Shown piece by piece: positions 43,317 to 53,575 of a DNA stretch of 64,000 bases. How positions within the stretch are numbered: the first letter of the stretch is position 1; every line of letters begins with the position of its first letter. Under the pieces are notes generated by a model. That model did no database searches, was not told the DNA's origin, and was given only the letters and a program-made list of their open reading frames with translations. Source of the DNA: a virus; the IMG/VR virus record IMGVR_UViG_3300028558_000016, positions 406,014-470,013 of that record; one strand, given 5' to 3'. Both the position numbers and the translations under genes were made by a program.

Positions 43317-43704
43317 TTTTAAATTGTTTTATCATTTCCACAAAAGCTGGATTCATCCAACCTCCAAAATCATCTCTCGCTTCTAACTTTAGAATTAAAT
43401 CATAAGATTCTTTTTGTCCTATTTGAACTTGCATCTCTCTTGGTTCCATTCCAACTTGACTGTCCTCGAGTTCTCCCCAAGAATCTTGTCTTGCTTTTAT
43501 GAAAGCATTTAATGGATCTGTTGGTCCGTTGCCGTTCATTCCATAAGTCATGTTCATCATGAATGCTCTCATTCTTTCGTTTGAAGCCCTGCTGACATAA
43601 GCTTGTTTTTCTTCCTCGCTCATGTGTTTAATCATGTTGATCTTGTAATGCAAAGTTCCTATTGCACCTGGTTCAAGATCGTAAAATCCTGGTTCGGTAT
43701 ACAT
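43309..43704 (-). CDS. hypothetical protein (131 aa)
   Basis: ORF. Confidence 0.45.
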   Translation of the reverse strand: MYTEPGFYDLEPGAIGTLHYKINMIKHMSEEEKQAYVSRASNERMRAFMMNMTYGMNGNGPTDPLNAFIKARQDSWGELEDSQVGMEPREMQVQIGQKESYDLILKLEARDDFGGWMNPAFVEMIKQFKNE

Positions 43705-44114
43705 TAATCAATGTTTATTTTTTCTACTAATAATCCCTGAGACTTTAAGAAATCTATTCCAGTCGTGTCTCTGTATTCTTCACAATAAACAATTCGAGTT
43801 ATCCCGGATTGGAGAATAAGCTTGCTGCACTCCTTGCACGGTGAAAGAGTGACGTATAACGTAGAACCTATAGATGATACTGGATTTTTTGCAAGCTTCG
43901 CAAGAGCGTTTGACTCAGCGTGTAGAACTTGCCAATTAGTATTATTGTTTTCATCCTCACAACAGTTGTCCATTCCTGTTGGCATTCCATTGAAGCCATC
44001 AGAGATGATCACATTGTCTTTTACGACCAATGCGCCTACTTTATTTCTATTGCAGTGAGAATTTTGGCCCCAAATGGAAGCCATTTTCATGTATGAAACA
44101 TCAAACCTATTCAT
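43704..44114 (-). CDS. dCMP deaminase (cytidine/deoxycytidylate deaminase zinc-binding family)
   Basis: VLHAESNAL (HAE) and SPCKECSKL (PCxxC) zinc ligands. Confidence 0.75.
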   Translation of the reverse strand: MNRFDVSYMKMASIWGQNSHCNRNKVGALVVKDNVIISDGFNGMPTGMDNCCEDENNNTNWQVLHAESNALAKLAKNPVSSIGSTLYVTLSPCKECSKLILQSGITRIVYCEEYRDTTGIDFLKSQGLLVEKINID

Positions 44115-44298
44115 CAGATATTCAGGGTCTGGTTATATGCAAAGATGACAGCAATGTTTCGCGGCATTTATGCAGACAACAATGTTTGGGCAATAGGGGA
44201 TTTGATATGGATTGGAGGGCTTTTGACCCATCTGAACGAGAGTTCAGAATTTCCTGACGAGACAAATATAGATTAATTACTTGAAACAAAAAAATTAA

Positions 44299-47200
44299 TT
44301 ATGCAACAGTTTGCACTTTTAACGTTCCTTGTAAAATCATTTTTATGTCCTTCAATGCGCCAGCCATACTCGCCATGTTTGTAGTTAAATCAGTCATCAT
44401 CTGAGTTAACTGAGCATTATTTTGCTGAGCACCTGGTTTTGTTTGTGTAGCAACCTCAGCTGGTTTAACAGCAGTTTTTCCTGGTTCAGAATTTATTGCA
44501 GTTGTAGGAGTTGGCTCTGTAACAGGCGTTGCAGGTTTAGCATTACCTTTTTCATAAATGAAATTGATGAGTGCTGCACCCTTATCCGTCAATGTACTGA
44601 ACGCATTTGGATCAACCTTAGCAAAAGTAACTAATGATTGAATCAACAAGTCAGAAGTCTTAACGGTCTTTCCGTCCATCTTCTTAAATGTTCCTGCAAA
44701 CTTGTCCATGCTCTTAGCAATTCTCTCAAAAGAGTCTGCGAGCTTAGTTAATGGATCAGCAGTTGCAGCCATTCTCTCGAGATAACCAACGGCTTTATCA
44801 AGAGACGTCATGTCCATGTTAGGTTTTATTCCTGCGATGGTTGCCATTATTTTGGAAAGGCTTGATGACAATCCGCTTCCAGTTTTTTCTGTTATCTTCT
44901 TCTCTTCAACCTTAGCAAGAAGGTCAATGAAGTTTTTCAAAGGATCCACGAGGGTTCCGAATATGTTTGTTACAGCCTCAAGTTTTTCTTTATTAGGCTC
45001 AATTATTTTCGCAGCATCCAAGAATGCTTGCGGAATGACCATCAACGTTAATTTAATTCTGTTTGCTACCTGAGAGAAATCTTTAACTGCAGCGACAGAT
45101 GTAACCATCGCAGCAATTCCATTTAAGTCTGCAGAAATTCCTTGTATTGCAGCTTTACCTTTTTCAATGTCGCTGTCTCTGAACCAACCTGAATTTGCTG
45201 CTTCACCAGAACCAACATCAGCTAAAGCTCCAGTAACAGCCTTGATCATGTTGATGATGTTAGTTCTAACAGAACCACCTTCAGCCAACATGGAAGGATC
45301 AATTACAGTTACTCCGGTCTGTTTACCGTTTTTGTCGTAAATAGGGAAAGTTAAGTTTGCAGCCTTCTGAACGAAATCAGCAAGACCAACAAGATCACCA
45401 CCAATTCCTCTAATTACTTCTGCACCTTTTTCTCCGTCAGATTTACTGAACCATCCTGTCTCACCTTGAGATTTTCCAACCTCAGTTAAAGTTCCTGCAA
45501 TGGCAGTGATCAACATCTTCATGTTGGTCGTAACCTGCTGGAATTGCTTGTCGCCTATTCCGAAATATCCTGTGATCTTTCCGTTCTTATCGTAAATAGG
45601 GAATTTCAAGTCTGCCATCTTGGCAACACCTTCAGCCATTCCCTTAATAATATTTCCTACACCTGAGACTGCATCAATACCATCCTCAACATCATCCCAA
45701 TCAACTGCAGTTCCTTTTCCTCTGCTAACATCAACAAACGCATTCAACACGCTCGTCAATACTGAATTGACAGATTTGCTTACGCCTTCTATTCCTCCAG
45801 GAATTCCTCTTTGGATTATGTTTGCAAATCCTGCTAAACCACCTGCGATGCTCATCAATGCAAAACCTGCCATCAACCAAGCTGGAACTGAAGCGTAGAA
45901 TCCTAATAATTTTATTGGACCCATCACCATGCCATCGACTACTGAAGAAAGAGCTGCGTCTATATTTGTTCTTCCTTTATAAGCACTCATCGTTGATTCT
46001 TCAAACAACATAGCAGATTTCTTGTAAGCAAAATTGAATGCAAGAAGTCCACCAGTCAATGTGATCAACGCAACAGATGCTACTATCAATCCAGCGGCAC
46101 CCAATAACATGAATGCACTCTTGATTGGATTTATTGTGAATGCGCTCACGATTCCTGTAATTACAGAATTCATCATGAGCTCCTCAGGATCGTTTGGATC
46201 TTGTTTTAAAATTCCGTCCTTAGCTTTATTGAACGCAAAATTTATTGCGAGCAAACCGACAGACAACGTGATCATTGCTATTGAAGCAACGAGCAACGCA
46301 GCGGCTCCGGCAAGCATGAATACCGATTTGATTGGATTTATTGCAAACGCATCTGCAATTCCTCCGATCATTACTTCCATGTTAGATTCATCTGGATATT
46401 GCGTGCTTGGTGCGAGAAGTCCTGTCATCGCTTTTTGATAAACCGCGTTCAACGTCAAAATTCCTAATGACAACGTGATCATTGCTATTGAAGCAACGAG
46501 CAACGCAGCGGCACCCAACAATATTGGAATTGCCATCAATCCTGCAAGGAACATGGCTCCACCAACCGCAACAACTGCTGCGCCAGCCATGAGAAAATCT
46601 TCTGAAGTAATCTTAAATAATTTGAATGAACCAATTCCAAGAGCAAGCGCAATCAATGCTAATCCTCCAAATGCGAGAGCCAATGCACCTTCTTCTATTT
46701 CGCTTGCAAACATTCCTACAAGACCCATTGCCAATCCTGTTACTGCAACAGCGGCTCCGGCAATCAGGACAGATTTTATATCGATCTTTAATAATTGGAA
46801 TGAAGCAATACCGAACGCAAGGGATATTAAAGCAAGTCCCATCCAAGCGGCTGCCTTTGCACCTTGCTCAATTGGATCTGCGAATTGTCCAAGGAAATAA
46901 AACGCGAGACTGAACACAGTCAATCCAGCAATAACTATCAAAGCTCCTTCGGCGTAGGCCTTCCAGGAACCTCCAGCTAATTCTTTTGTTGCGAATAAAG
47001 CGATGGAAAATCCTACGATTCCCAACGACATCCATCCTATGGATTTTGCACCTTCTGTTATGTTCTCAGCCACCTCACCTATCTTTGAGAAGGTGTAAGC
47101 GTAAAGAGCCAACATTGGAATGATTATAAGAGATCCTATCGCGCCAATGACATAAAGAGGAGTTGCTAAAAATAAAACCAATCCAAGCTGTGCGATTCCT

Positions 47201-47658
47201 AAAGCCATCACGCTTAATCCTTCGCCACCTTCTTTTATTTTCTTCGTGTCAATGCTTTGAAATTGATCTGAGATTTTCTTTAAAAATTGTATTAAATTAT
47301 CGACGGCATCCTCTGGGATTTTTGAATAAAATTTCAAAGCAACGTTTAAAGATTTTAAACCTTCCGTCAATGCCTTGAATCCTTCTTTTAGTTTTGGACC
47401 TGCCTCAGCCAAATCAGAAAGACTGCTTGTTAAATTCTTAAATTTATTTGCTATTCCTCCCAATGCGGCTTCCTCAGCTTTTCCACCAGATTTACCGCTT
47501 CCGCCTTTACCAATAGAGTCGAGCCTGTCAGCAAGTCTGTCCAACGTGGCAGCTTGTTGTTCTGCAAGGGACTCCAACTTGTTAACTACGTGGTCCATCG
47601 ATCTTGCCGAATCGACCAACATAGATGCGGCCATTAATAATGCTTTTTCTGATGCCAT
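44299..47658 (-). CDS. large (1119 aa) multi-TM protein with an N-terminal coiled coil and internal tandem repeats; possible tape-measure or ejection protein
   Basis: More than 10 hydrophobic helices; repeated about 70-aa units (…GAAALLVASIAMITLS…); C-terminal duplicated FPIYDKNGK(I/Q)TG; 41-nt exact DNA repeat at 46270 and 46470. Confidence 0.45.
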   Translation of the reverse strand: MASEKALLMAASMLVDSARSMDHVVNKLESLAEQQAATLDRLADRLDSIGKGGSGKSGGKAEEAALGGIANKFKNLTSSLSDLAEAGPKLKEGFKALTEGLKSLNVALKFYSKIPEDAVDNLIQFLKKISDQFQSIDTKKIKEGGEGLSVMALGIAQLGLVLFLATPLYVIGAIGSLIIIPMLALYAYTFSKIGEVAENITEGAKSIGWMSLGIVGFSIALFATKELAGGSWKAYAEGALIVIAGLTVFSLAFYFLGQFADPIEQGAKAAAWMGLALISLAFGIASFQLLKIDIKSVLIAGAAVAVTGLAMGLVGMFASEIEEGALALAFGGLALIALALGIGSFKLFKITSEDFLMAGAAVVAVGGAMFLAGLMAIPILLGAAALLVASIAMITLSLGILTLNAVYQKAMTGLLAPSTQYPDESNMEVMIGGIADAFAINPIKSVFMLAGAAALLVASIAMITLSVGLLAINFAFNKAKDGILKQDPNDPEELMMNSVITGIVSAFTINPIKSAFMLLGAAGLIVASVALITLTGGLLAFNFAYKKSAMLFEESTMSAYKGRTNIDAALSSVVDGMVMGPIKLLGFYASVPAWLMAGFALMSIAGGLAGFANIIQRGIPGGIEGVSKSVNSVLTSVLNAFVDVSRGKGTAVDWDDVEDGIDAVSGVGNIIKGMAEGVAKMADLKFPIYDKNGKITGYFGIGDKQFQQVTTNMKMLITAIAGTLTEVGKSQGETGWFSKSDGEKGAEVIRGIGGDLVGLADFVQKAANLTFPIYDKNGKQTGVTVIDPSMLAEGGSVRTNIINMIKAVTGALADVGSGEAANSGWFRDSDIEKGKAAIQGISADLNGIAAMVTSVAAVKDFSQVANRIKLTLMVIPQAFLDAAKIIEPNKEKLEAVTNIFGTLVDPLKNFIDLLAKVEEKKITEKTGSGLSSSLSKIMATIAGIKPNMDMTSLDKAVGYLERMAATADPLTKLADSFERIAKSMDKFAGTFKKMDGKTVKTSDLLIQSLVTFAKVDPNAFSTLTDKGAALINFIYEKGNAKPATPVTEPTPTTAINSEPGKTAVKPAEVATQTKPGAQQNNAQLTQMMTDLTTNMASMAGALKDIKMILQGTLKVQTVA

Positions 47659-47659
47659 T

Positions 47660-47692
47660 TAATAAGAGAATTCTATTCATCCTATATATTTG
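47660..47692 (+). promoter_or_regulatory. third copy of the TAnnTTTG promoter box (+ orientation), between two − genes
   Basis: GAATTCTATTCATCCTATATATTTGG resembles GAAATAGTTCCTATATTTG at 7552. Confidence 0.4.
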
Positions 47693-47693
47693 G

Positions 47694-47725
47694 AAAAAAA
47701 GAAGCCCCGAATCTCTTCGGGGCTT
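47694..47725 (-). terminator. rho-independent terminator (− strand)
   Basis: AAGCCCCGA-ATCTCT-TCGGGGCTT with AAAAAAA on the + side (a T-run on the − strand). Confidence 0.7.
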
Positions 47726-47857
47726 AAAAGTAAGAATGCAGAGTTATTCTATTGTTTCCAATTCTTTATTAACCTTACGGTCGCAGTTTTGAGCTTTTAT
47801 AAGCGGACTAATTCCTGTTATTCCAGCACCTCCATCAGATTTTCCCTGATTGCATTC

Positions 47858-48616
47858 TTATTTATTGTCTGTATCTTTTTTCAAGTCCTTGTTCAATTCT
47901 TCCTCTTTTTCTGCACCGTTGTCAGCTATCAAAGAATCCAATGAAGCAGAATACATCCTTGAATTTGAATTAGAAGATCTCAGTTTAGAAACTGAAGCGC
48001 TCATGTTCATATATGCGGTGTTGACACCTTTTCCTGTATTGGAATAAGATAGAGTGTTTCCTGCAGAAACTCCCATGCTTCCACCTGCCTGCATAGTATC
48101 AATGTTTGCTCCAATGAATACGAAAGCCCATTTGTCTTCGTCCTGTCTTTTCTTGATGGACTCAAACACGGCTTTTTGGGTGTATTCCCTGCTGGAATTT
48201 TCCTCACCGTCTGTCATGATTAATACCACAACCTTATCCGATTTGTCTGCTGCGTCCTTCCATTGATTATAGACTGTATCGATTGTAGAACCGATTGCAT
48301 CATACATCGCTGTCATTCCTTTAGGAACGTAAGTTTCTTTGGTCAATTGAGGAATGCTTTGAATGTCAGCACGATCGTGGATTATCTCGTAAGTTTTTCC
48401 ACCACCAGCAGCATCACCGTATCCGCCGTCAAATAAGCAAAGAGTCAAAGTCGCTTTGCCGACGGCTTTCTTTTGTTCTCCAAGAAATGCGTTAAATCCT
48501 TCAATTGTTTTTTCTACCAATCCAGACGTTTGGATAGAAGTAGACCTGTCGAGAATACAGATGATGTCTGTAGTTTCGTCTTCGGCATTTTTGATTGTTT
48601 TGTGTTCCGTTGTCAT
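47858..48616 (-). CDS. VWA-domain protein
   Basis: MIDAS ILDRSTS (DxSxS) and MTDGEEN. Confidence 0.65.
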   Translation of the reverse strand: MTTEHKTIKNAEDETTDIICILDRSTSIQTSGLVEKTIEGFNAFLGEQKKAVGKATLTLCLFDGGYGDAAGGGKTYEIIHDRADIQSIPQLTKETYVPKGMTAMYDAIGSTIDTVYNQWKDAADKSDKVVVLIMTDGEENSSREYTQKAVFESIKKRQDEDKWAFVFIGANIDTMQAGGSMGVSAGNTLSYSNTGKGVNTAYMNMSASVSKLRSSNSNSRMYSASLDSLIADNGAEKEEELNKDLKKDTDNK

Positions 48617-48623
48617 TTTTATT

Positions 48624-48884
48624 TTAGTTAAAGTTTTTTGCAGATTCTAATAATTTTTTTGCTATTTCCTTGTGCTCTTCCGGCGTATGTTCGATGGTTA
48701 ACAAATGCTTGTTTTCCGTCAAAAATTCCAAACATTTATCATATTCTCCGGAATGAAAATTCTGGTAATAATCAATATGTTCTGGATTCAGATAAATATT
48801 TGTATTTATCAATGCAATTTCTGACGGTTTAAATGTTGCCATTATTTTTTCCGTCAATTCTTCCTTCGTTTTTAAAATTTCCAT
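48624..48884 (-). CDS. hypothetical protein (86 aa)
   Basis: ORF. Confidence 0.4.
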   Translation of the reverse strand: MEILKTKEELTEKIMATFKPSEIALINTNIYLNPEHIDYYQNFHSGEYDKCLEFLTENKHLLTIEHTPEEHKEIAKKLLESAKNFN

Positions 48885-48966
48885 TTGGTTTGGTTTTAAT
48901 TGTTATTAGATAATTATAGCAATATACTAAAAGAATATCCCACCTTTTTTATCAGTGGGATATTTA

Positions 48967-49323
48967 TTATTTAAACTTAGATGGCATGTTTGGCATTTTA
49001 GCTGATGGCATCTTCACGCCTTTCATAAATTTGCCTGCCTCTTGACTCGGATTCATCGAACCTGATTGAGAGCTTGTGTCTTTTTCTGCTGCCTGTTTCT
49101 TTTTAAGAACGTCAGTTAAAAGTTCCACATATTCCTCGTATTCCCAATAGGGCCAATTGTCTATTTGTTCCGGAGAGATCTGCATGTGGTACATGAAGGC
49201 AAATTTAACCTTGATGTAGTTCTCGAGATTTACTTGGAATAATCCAAACAATCCCTGCACTTCAGATTCTTCCATCAAACCTTCATCACTCTCCTCCAAG
49301 TATGTCTGCGAGAGGGTCGCCAT
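48967..49323 (-). CDS. hypothetical protein (118 aa)
   Basis: ORF. Confidence 0.4.
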   Translation of the reverse strand: MATLSQTYLEESDEGLMEESEVQGLFGLFQVNLENYIKVKFAFMYHMQISPEQIDNWPYWEYEEYVELLTDVLKKKQAAEKDTSSQSGSMNPSQEAGKFMKGVKMPSAKMPNMPSKFK

Positions 49324-50323
49324 AAAGGAAGAGGGATCGAACTCCTCCGGGAAAGCTCAGAGGTGCAGAGACCTCAGCTCCGCATTTGTTACATTGTCTC
49401 GTCAATTTCGTCTTAACTCCGAATCTTATTAATTCTACAAGCTTCAACATTGCTGAAAGCTTTTTGGTGTTCCAACCAAAAGAATCCTGTTCAGCTTTCT
49501 TGTAAGAAGCATCTGTCATTGTTCTCCAATCGGCGAACGCAAACGAAGCAACCTTTGCAAAAGTTCTGTCAAAGAATTCTTGTTTTCTTCCCTTGTCTCT
49601 CAGGTAATTCTTAATGAAAGTCGTCACTCCAAGAGATGGAATATAGAGCTTTAAAGTTCCAACTTCTTTTGAGGGAATCACGAAGCATCTTTCAGAAGGA
49701 GAATAGAATCTCATCAGCTTAGGATCTATCGTGTAGTATTCAAAATTGTCGTTGTTCAATTCGATCTTCTCGTTGTAAGAACCGTCTCCAAGGCAGGTCT
49801 GTCCGCATTTTAAATTCACGAAAAGCTTGTTCTCTCCATTCTTAAATGTCAAGGCTCTTATCGCGAAAATCAAACAGAATCTGTCCTCTTCTTTTAGGTC
49901 CTTCCAGTTTGCGTGTCTGTCTGGAAATTTAACCTGAAGACATTTGTCAACAACCATGTTAAGCTTGTCGTCCAAATCCAACGGGTCATTCTCGTCAATC
50001 GTAGAGAAGTGTCTCACCTCTGCAACGGATGCCGCTCTGATGTTGAACGTTGTTCCGTCTGGGTAGAACATGCCTCTTGATGGAAGGTTCTCTGATGGGA
50101 AAGGCTTCCATCCTATCTCAACTCCTGCAGCTTCTTCCTGAATGGTTTGCTGCTGTTTCCAACCTTCTGATTTTCCGAGTGGAGCAACCGTTTCGGCAAC
50201 TTCTTCCTTGGTCAAATCTTCTGGCTGTCCTTGCGGTTCATCGTATACTATACCTGAAGCCGCTTCCTTTTGCTTGAGAAGCTTTGCAGCATCCTCGTCG
50301 CTTATTTTCTTATTGTTATCCAT
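49286..50323 (-). CDS. hypothetical protein (345 aa)
   Basis: ORF. Confidence 0.5.
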   Translation of the reverse strand: MDNNKKISDEDAAKLLKQKEAASGIVYDEPQGQPEDLTKEEVAETVAPLGKSEGWKQQQTIQEEAAGVEIGWKPFPSENLPSRGMFYPDGTTFNIRAASVAEVRHFSTIDENDPLDLDDKLNMVVDKCLQVKFPDRHANWKDLKEEDRFCLIFAIRALTFKNGENKLFVNLKCGQTCLGDGSYNEKIELNNDNFEYYTIDPKLMRFYSPSERCFVIPSKEVGTLKLYIPSLGVTTFIKNYLRDKGRKQEFFDRTFAKVASFAFADWRTMTDASYKKAEQDSFGWNTKKLSAMLKLVELIRFGVKTKLTRQCNKCGAEVSAPLSFPGGVRSLFLYGDPLADILGGE

Positions 50324-50346
50324 TTGAATCTATTATCGTTTTGTAG

Positions 50347-51144
50347 TTATACATCTGAATCATCAGATTGTTCCTCTTGGTCATTTTCGAGGATCCTTCT
50401 TATCTTGTCTCGTACCCTTGCCGCTTCCTCATAGTCTTCATTCTCAATCAGATTCTGAAGCTCTTTCTTTAGCTTTTCTATGTCATCTCTGTCTTTGAGT
50501 TTAAATGCTTCTATCTTTTCCACGCCAAGCGATTCAAGAACCTCATCAAGGACTTTCTTCCTTGCTTCAGGATCTCCGTAATAGCTCATCTCAAAAAGAA
50601 TGGAATGGATCACCTCGAATAGCGTGAAGGCCTTCGTGCAGGAGAGAACAATCGACTCTTTTTCTGCGGAGTTTACCTTTCGTACTATGTAATTTTCGTT
50701 CAACCTAACTTCCATTTTCCTGTATGATGATACCGGAGAGAATTCGACGCTAAACAGTTCTCTGTCCTTACCAACACCTCTCATTCTTGCGACGCTGTAC
50801 AATGTCATGTCGTCATCCGTAACCGGATCTATCTCATGCGCAATCTCCATCCAGGAGAGCGTTTGATCTTGTGGGGATTCTATGTTCATTTCGTTCCAGA
50901 ACTTGATGAAGCTTTGCCCTGCAAGAGACGAATCGAAAATATAATCGGTCGTCTCGGGATTCAACGCAAGTAAAAACATGATGTCTTCCACTAAGACTCC
51001 CTCGTCAACCGTCACCGGAAAGGTGAGGTATGACACTATTCCGAGGCTTGTGCCAAGTACATCCAATGATTGTCTCGTCTCGTTTCCCTCTTCATCAATC
51101 TCAACGAATTCGAAAAAGACTCCTTCCTTTGAAATTCTTATCAT
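50347..51144 (-). CDS. hypothetical protein with a UVR-like motif (265 aa)
   Basis: ENEDYEEAARVRDKI resembles the UvrB/UvrC UVR motif. Confidence 0.45.
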   Translation of the reverse strand: MIRISKEGVFFEFVEIDEEGNETRQSLDVLGTSLGIVSYLTFPVTVDEGVLVEDIMFLLALNPETTDYIFDSSLAGQSFIKFWNEMNIESPQDQTLSWMEIAHEIDPVTDDDMTLYSVARMRGVGKDRELFSVEFSPVSSYRKMEVRLNENYIVRKVNSAEKESIVLSCTKAFTLFEVIHSILFEMSYYGDPEARKKVLDEVLESLGVEKIEAFKLKDRDDIEKLKKELQNLIENEDYEEAARVRDKIRRILENDQEEQSDDSDV

Positions 51145-51224
51145 GAGGTTCGTATTATTTGAGGCGGTAACAGAATATCTGTGGCCGTCAAATTATATAT
51201 TTTCTGGAAAATTTAGGCAAAATC

Positions 51225-51758
51225 CTACTTGTCCATCAAGGACAGATTGTGCAACTCTATCTTAGCGATGAGCTTTTTAGAATAACCTGGATCTGTTGCA
51301 TATCCAGCTTTAAGCAATCCCTCGGCCCAACCCTTATAGTCGCATGGGTCCAGTTTGAAAAGGAAAGCGTATCGTTTTGCGCCTGCAAGGAAAACTGAAT
51401 GGTCTCTGTAAGAATCGAGAACCGTCGGATATTTTCTAAAGCATTCGTCTTTTAAATCGTCAGTGTATTTGTAGGTTTCTCCCCACCAATCTCCCTTGCA
51501 TTTTATTCCAAAGTGGTTGTTGGCCTTTGTGGCAAGGTCGCTCTTTCCAGCAGCACTTTCTAACAATGCCTGAGCGAGAGTTATGCTTGCCGGAATTTTG
51601 AAGATCTTCATCTCAAGTATGGCAGCATCTCTGTATTTAGAAATGTATTCGCTCTCGGTTTTAAATTCTATCTCAGCCGAAACGGCAGGTGAAAATTCTC
51701 TATAAATGAAGAAAATAACTATGAAAGAGAAGAATAATCCTATTAATAAATTTTTCAT
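51225..51758 (-). CDS. endolysin: N-acetylglucosaminidase (GH73/FlgJ-like) with an N-terminal signal-anchor
   Basis: LAQALLESAAGKSDLATKANNHFGIK ... YPTVLDSYRDHSVFL matches the glucosaminidase family (AQAxLESGWG ... NNLFGIK); N-terminal TM helix. Confidence 0.7.
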   Translation of the reverse strand: MKNLLIGLFFSFIVIFFIYREFSPAVSAEIEFKTESEYISKYRDAAILEMKIFKIPASITLAQALLESAAGKSDLATKANNHFGIKCKGDWWGETYKYTDDLKDECFRKYPTVLDSYRDHSVFLAGAKRYAFLFKLDPCDYKGWAEGLLKAGYATDPGYSKKLIAKIELHNLSLMDK

Positions 51759-52030
51759 TTTTTCTTGTAGAAATCAAATAAATCCTGCCACATGTGCTGG
51801 TTGGTTCCAGTCTTAATGTCTTCCAAATAGGCATCAAACATTCCTCTGTCCTGTCTGTATAAGTAATCACCGGCTAAACTCTTTCTTGCTCCTGTCGCTC
51901 TGCTGCTTGCGGTCTTGTTGTCTTTTCCATAAACCTCGTTCATGAGTTTTCTCAATAAAGGAGCCGTGATAATCTTTTTAAAATTCTCAAGTTCTTGGTC
52001 AAATCCCTCGAATATTTTTAGGTATTTCAT
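51755..52030 (-). CDS. MKHIKLFE-leader family member (MKYLKIFEGF)
   Basis: Conserved N-terminal motif. Confidence 0.5.
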   Translation of the reverse strand: MKYLKIFEGFDQELENFKKIITAPLLRKLMNEVYGKDNKTASSRATGARKSLAGDYLYRQDRGMFDAYLEDIKTGTNQHMWQDLFDFYKKK

Positions 52031-52380
52031 TTGATGTTATTCTTCTTGAGAACCGCTCTGTACATCTTGGCGATGTCATTGAGCTGAGGAATTCCGTCAA
52101 ATTCCATTCTCGCCTGAGTCACTCGGTCTTTCTTAAGTTTATCCTTTCCAGAACCATCATATTCAGTGTATTCTATGAAAAGATTCTTGTTCTTGTAAAC
52201 TACCGGCTTATATTTCATTGGAGCTTCCCATGTGCTCGATTTGTCGATTACTTCCAAAGGATCTCCATCAATATCAATCGCTTTAGCAATCAAAGCATTT
52301 ACCTCTGCAACCTTCTTTTGAATTGCTGCGTCTGACATCCCCTCATTTAGGAAGTTCTCATATAGTTTTATGTGTTTCAT
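52027..52380 (-). CDS. MKHIKLFE-leader family member (MKHIKLYENFLNE)
   Basis: Conserved N-terminal motif. Confidence 0.55.
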   Translation of the reverse strand: MKHIKLYENFLNEGMSDAAIQKKVAEVNALIAKAIDIDGDPLEVIDKSSTWEAPMKYKPVVYKNKNLFIEYTEYDGSGKDKLKKDRVTQARMEFDGIPQLNDIAKMYRAVLKKNNIK

Positions 52381-52985
52381 GTAATGGAAGCTTCTACGGT
52401 AGCTTTAATTATTTTTGGCATTTCGTCTTCAAAATTCTTTGCGAGATTAACGGTATCTATATTAGACAATTCGGCAATGACATCATGCGTTGACAAGAAA
52501 GAATCCAATAATTCATCAGAAAGCTTTCCAGCAACAATGCAAATCATTACTGTTAGAGCAACGTTACCGAATGTTTTCTTTTGTTCTCCGTTCAACGAAT
52601 CTATGAAATTCTTCAAAAGAGGAATCTTATTAGAAATTCTTAAAATCAATTTGAAAATTCCTGCCGTGTATATGTCTCCTTTGTGCTTCAACCATTCAGC
52701 CATTTTAAATGTGACTCTGCCAACCTTCTCGCTTGATTCCATTCCAATATATGTCAATGCAGCACTCGCGAGATGTGCTACTTTTCCAAGACTCAATGCT
52801 GCACCTATTGCTAATGTGGCCAAAACGGCTTCATTATTTCCGTCAAGCTTTGCTACAAGCACTCCGTCTTTTTTAATCTCTTTCTCGGTATCGGAAGCGA
52901 TCTTATCGTCATCAACGATTTTTAATATCTCGTCGAAGATGTTTACGTCGATCTCAAATTCCTCAAACAGTTTTATGTGTCGCAT
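52377..52985 (-). CDS. MKHIKLFE-leader family member (MRHIKLFEEFE), 202 aa
   Basis: Conserved N-terminal motif. Confidence 0.55.
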   Translation of the reverse strand: MRHIKLFEEFEIDVNIFDEILKIVDDDKIASDTEKEIKKDGVLVAKLDGNNEAVLATLAIGAALSLGKVAHLASAALTYIGMESSEKVGRVTFKMAEWLKHKGDIYTAGIFKLILRISNKIPLLKNFIDSLNGEQKKTFGNVALTVMICIVAGKLSDELLDSFLSTHDVIAELSNIDTVNLAKNFEDEMPKIIKATVEASIT

Positions 52986-53242
52986 TACTTTTCTTCTTTA
53001 TCTGTTTCTTCCCATTCTCTTATGGTGCCTTCAGCATCCCATAGAGCACAACACATTCTCTCAGAAACCTTCTGGTCAACCTGAGGATGCTTGCACATCT
53101 TTTCTTTTAGATCTATGAATTTACAATTAGCACAGTTTGTGCCTTCAACATTTTCTGGAAGCGTGACAAGATCTGCCGCTTTTGCTCTATCGAGACGGCT
53201 TGGTTTGTCCTCTTCATTCTCGTAAATCTTTAAGTGTTTCAT
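52985..53242 (-). CDS. family member (MKHLKIYENEED)
   Basis: Conserved N-terminal motif. Confidence 0.5.
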   Translation of the reverse strand: MKHLKIYENEEDKPSRLDRAKAADLVTLPENVEGTNCANCKFIDLKEKMCKHPQVDQKVSERMCCALWDAEGTIREWEETDKEEK

Positions 53243-53244
53243 TG

Positions 53245-53574
53245 TTATCCGAGTAATTTTTCAAGCTTTTTAACGAGCGTTTCTACGGTAGTTGAATATC
53301 CGTATAAACCATTAATGTCTGTTCCAAGACTTACTCCTCTGTTTGACATTGTAATTTTGAAATTGGTTCCAAGATAGGAACATTCAAAATAATCATTGGT
53401 AAAAAAGTCTATGTCATCATTTTTAATGACAGTCTTCTTTATTCTTATTCCAGCGGCCTTCAATTGAGTAGCAACAGCGCTCATGTATTCTTTCTTTGCT
53501 TCGCTGTAGATTCCACGTTTGACGTCCATAAGATTTCCAGCAGATGCAGCCTCAAATAATTGTAAGTGTTTCAT
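53245..53574 (-). CDS. family member (MKHLQLFEAA)
   Basis: Conserved N-terminal motif. Confidence 0.5.
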   Translation of the reverse strand: MKHLQLFEAASAGNLMDVKRGIYSEAKKEYMSAVATQLKAAGIRIKKTVIKNDDIDFFTNDYFECSYLGTNFKITMSNRGVSLGTDINGLYGYSTTVETLVKKLEKLLG

Positions 53575-53575
53575 A

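Noticed and set aside
44422-46913. Numerous + strand ORFs (70–141 aa) opposite the 1119-aa gene
   Set aside because: They lie inside the repeat-rich, GC-skewed coding region of the large − strand gene and have no independent signals.
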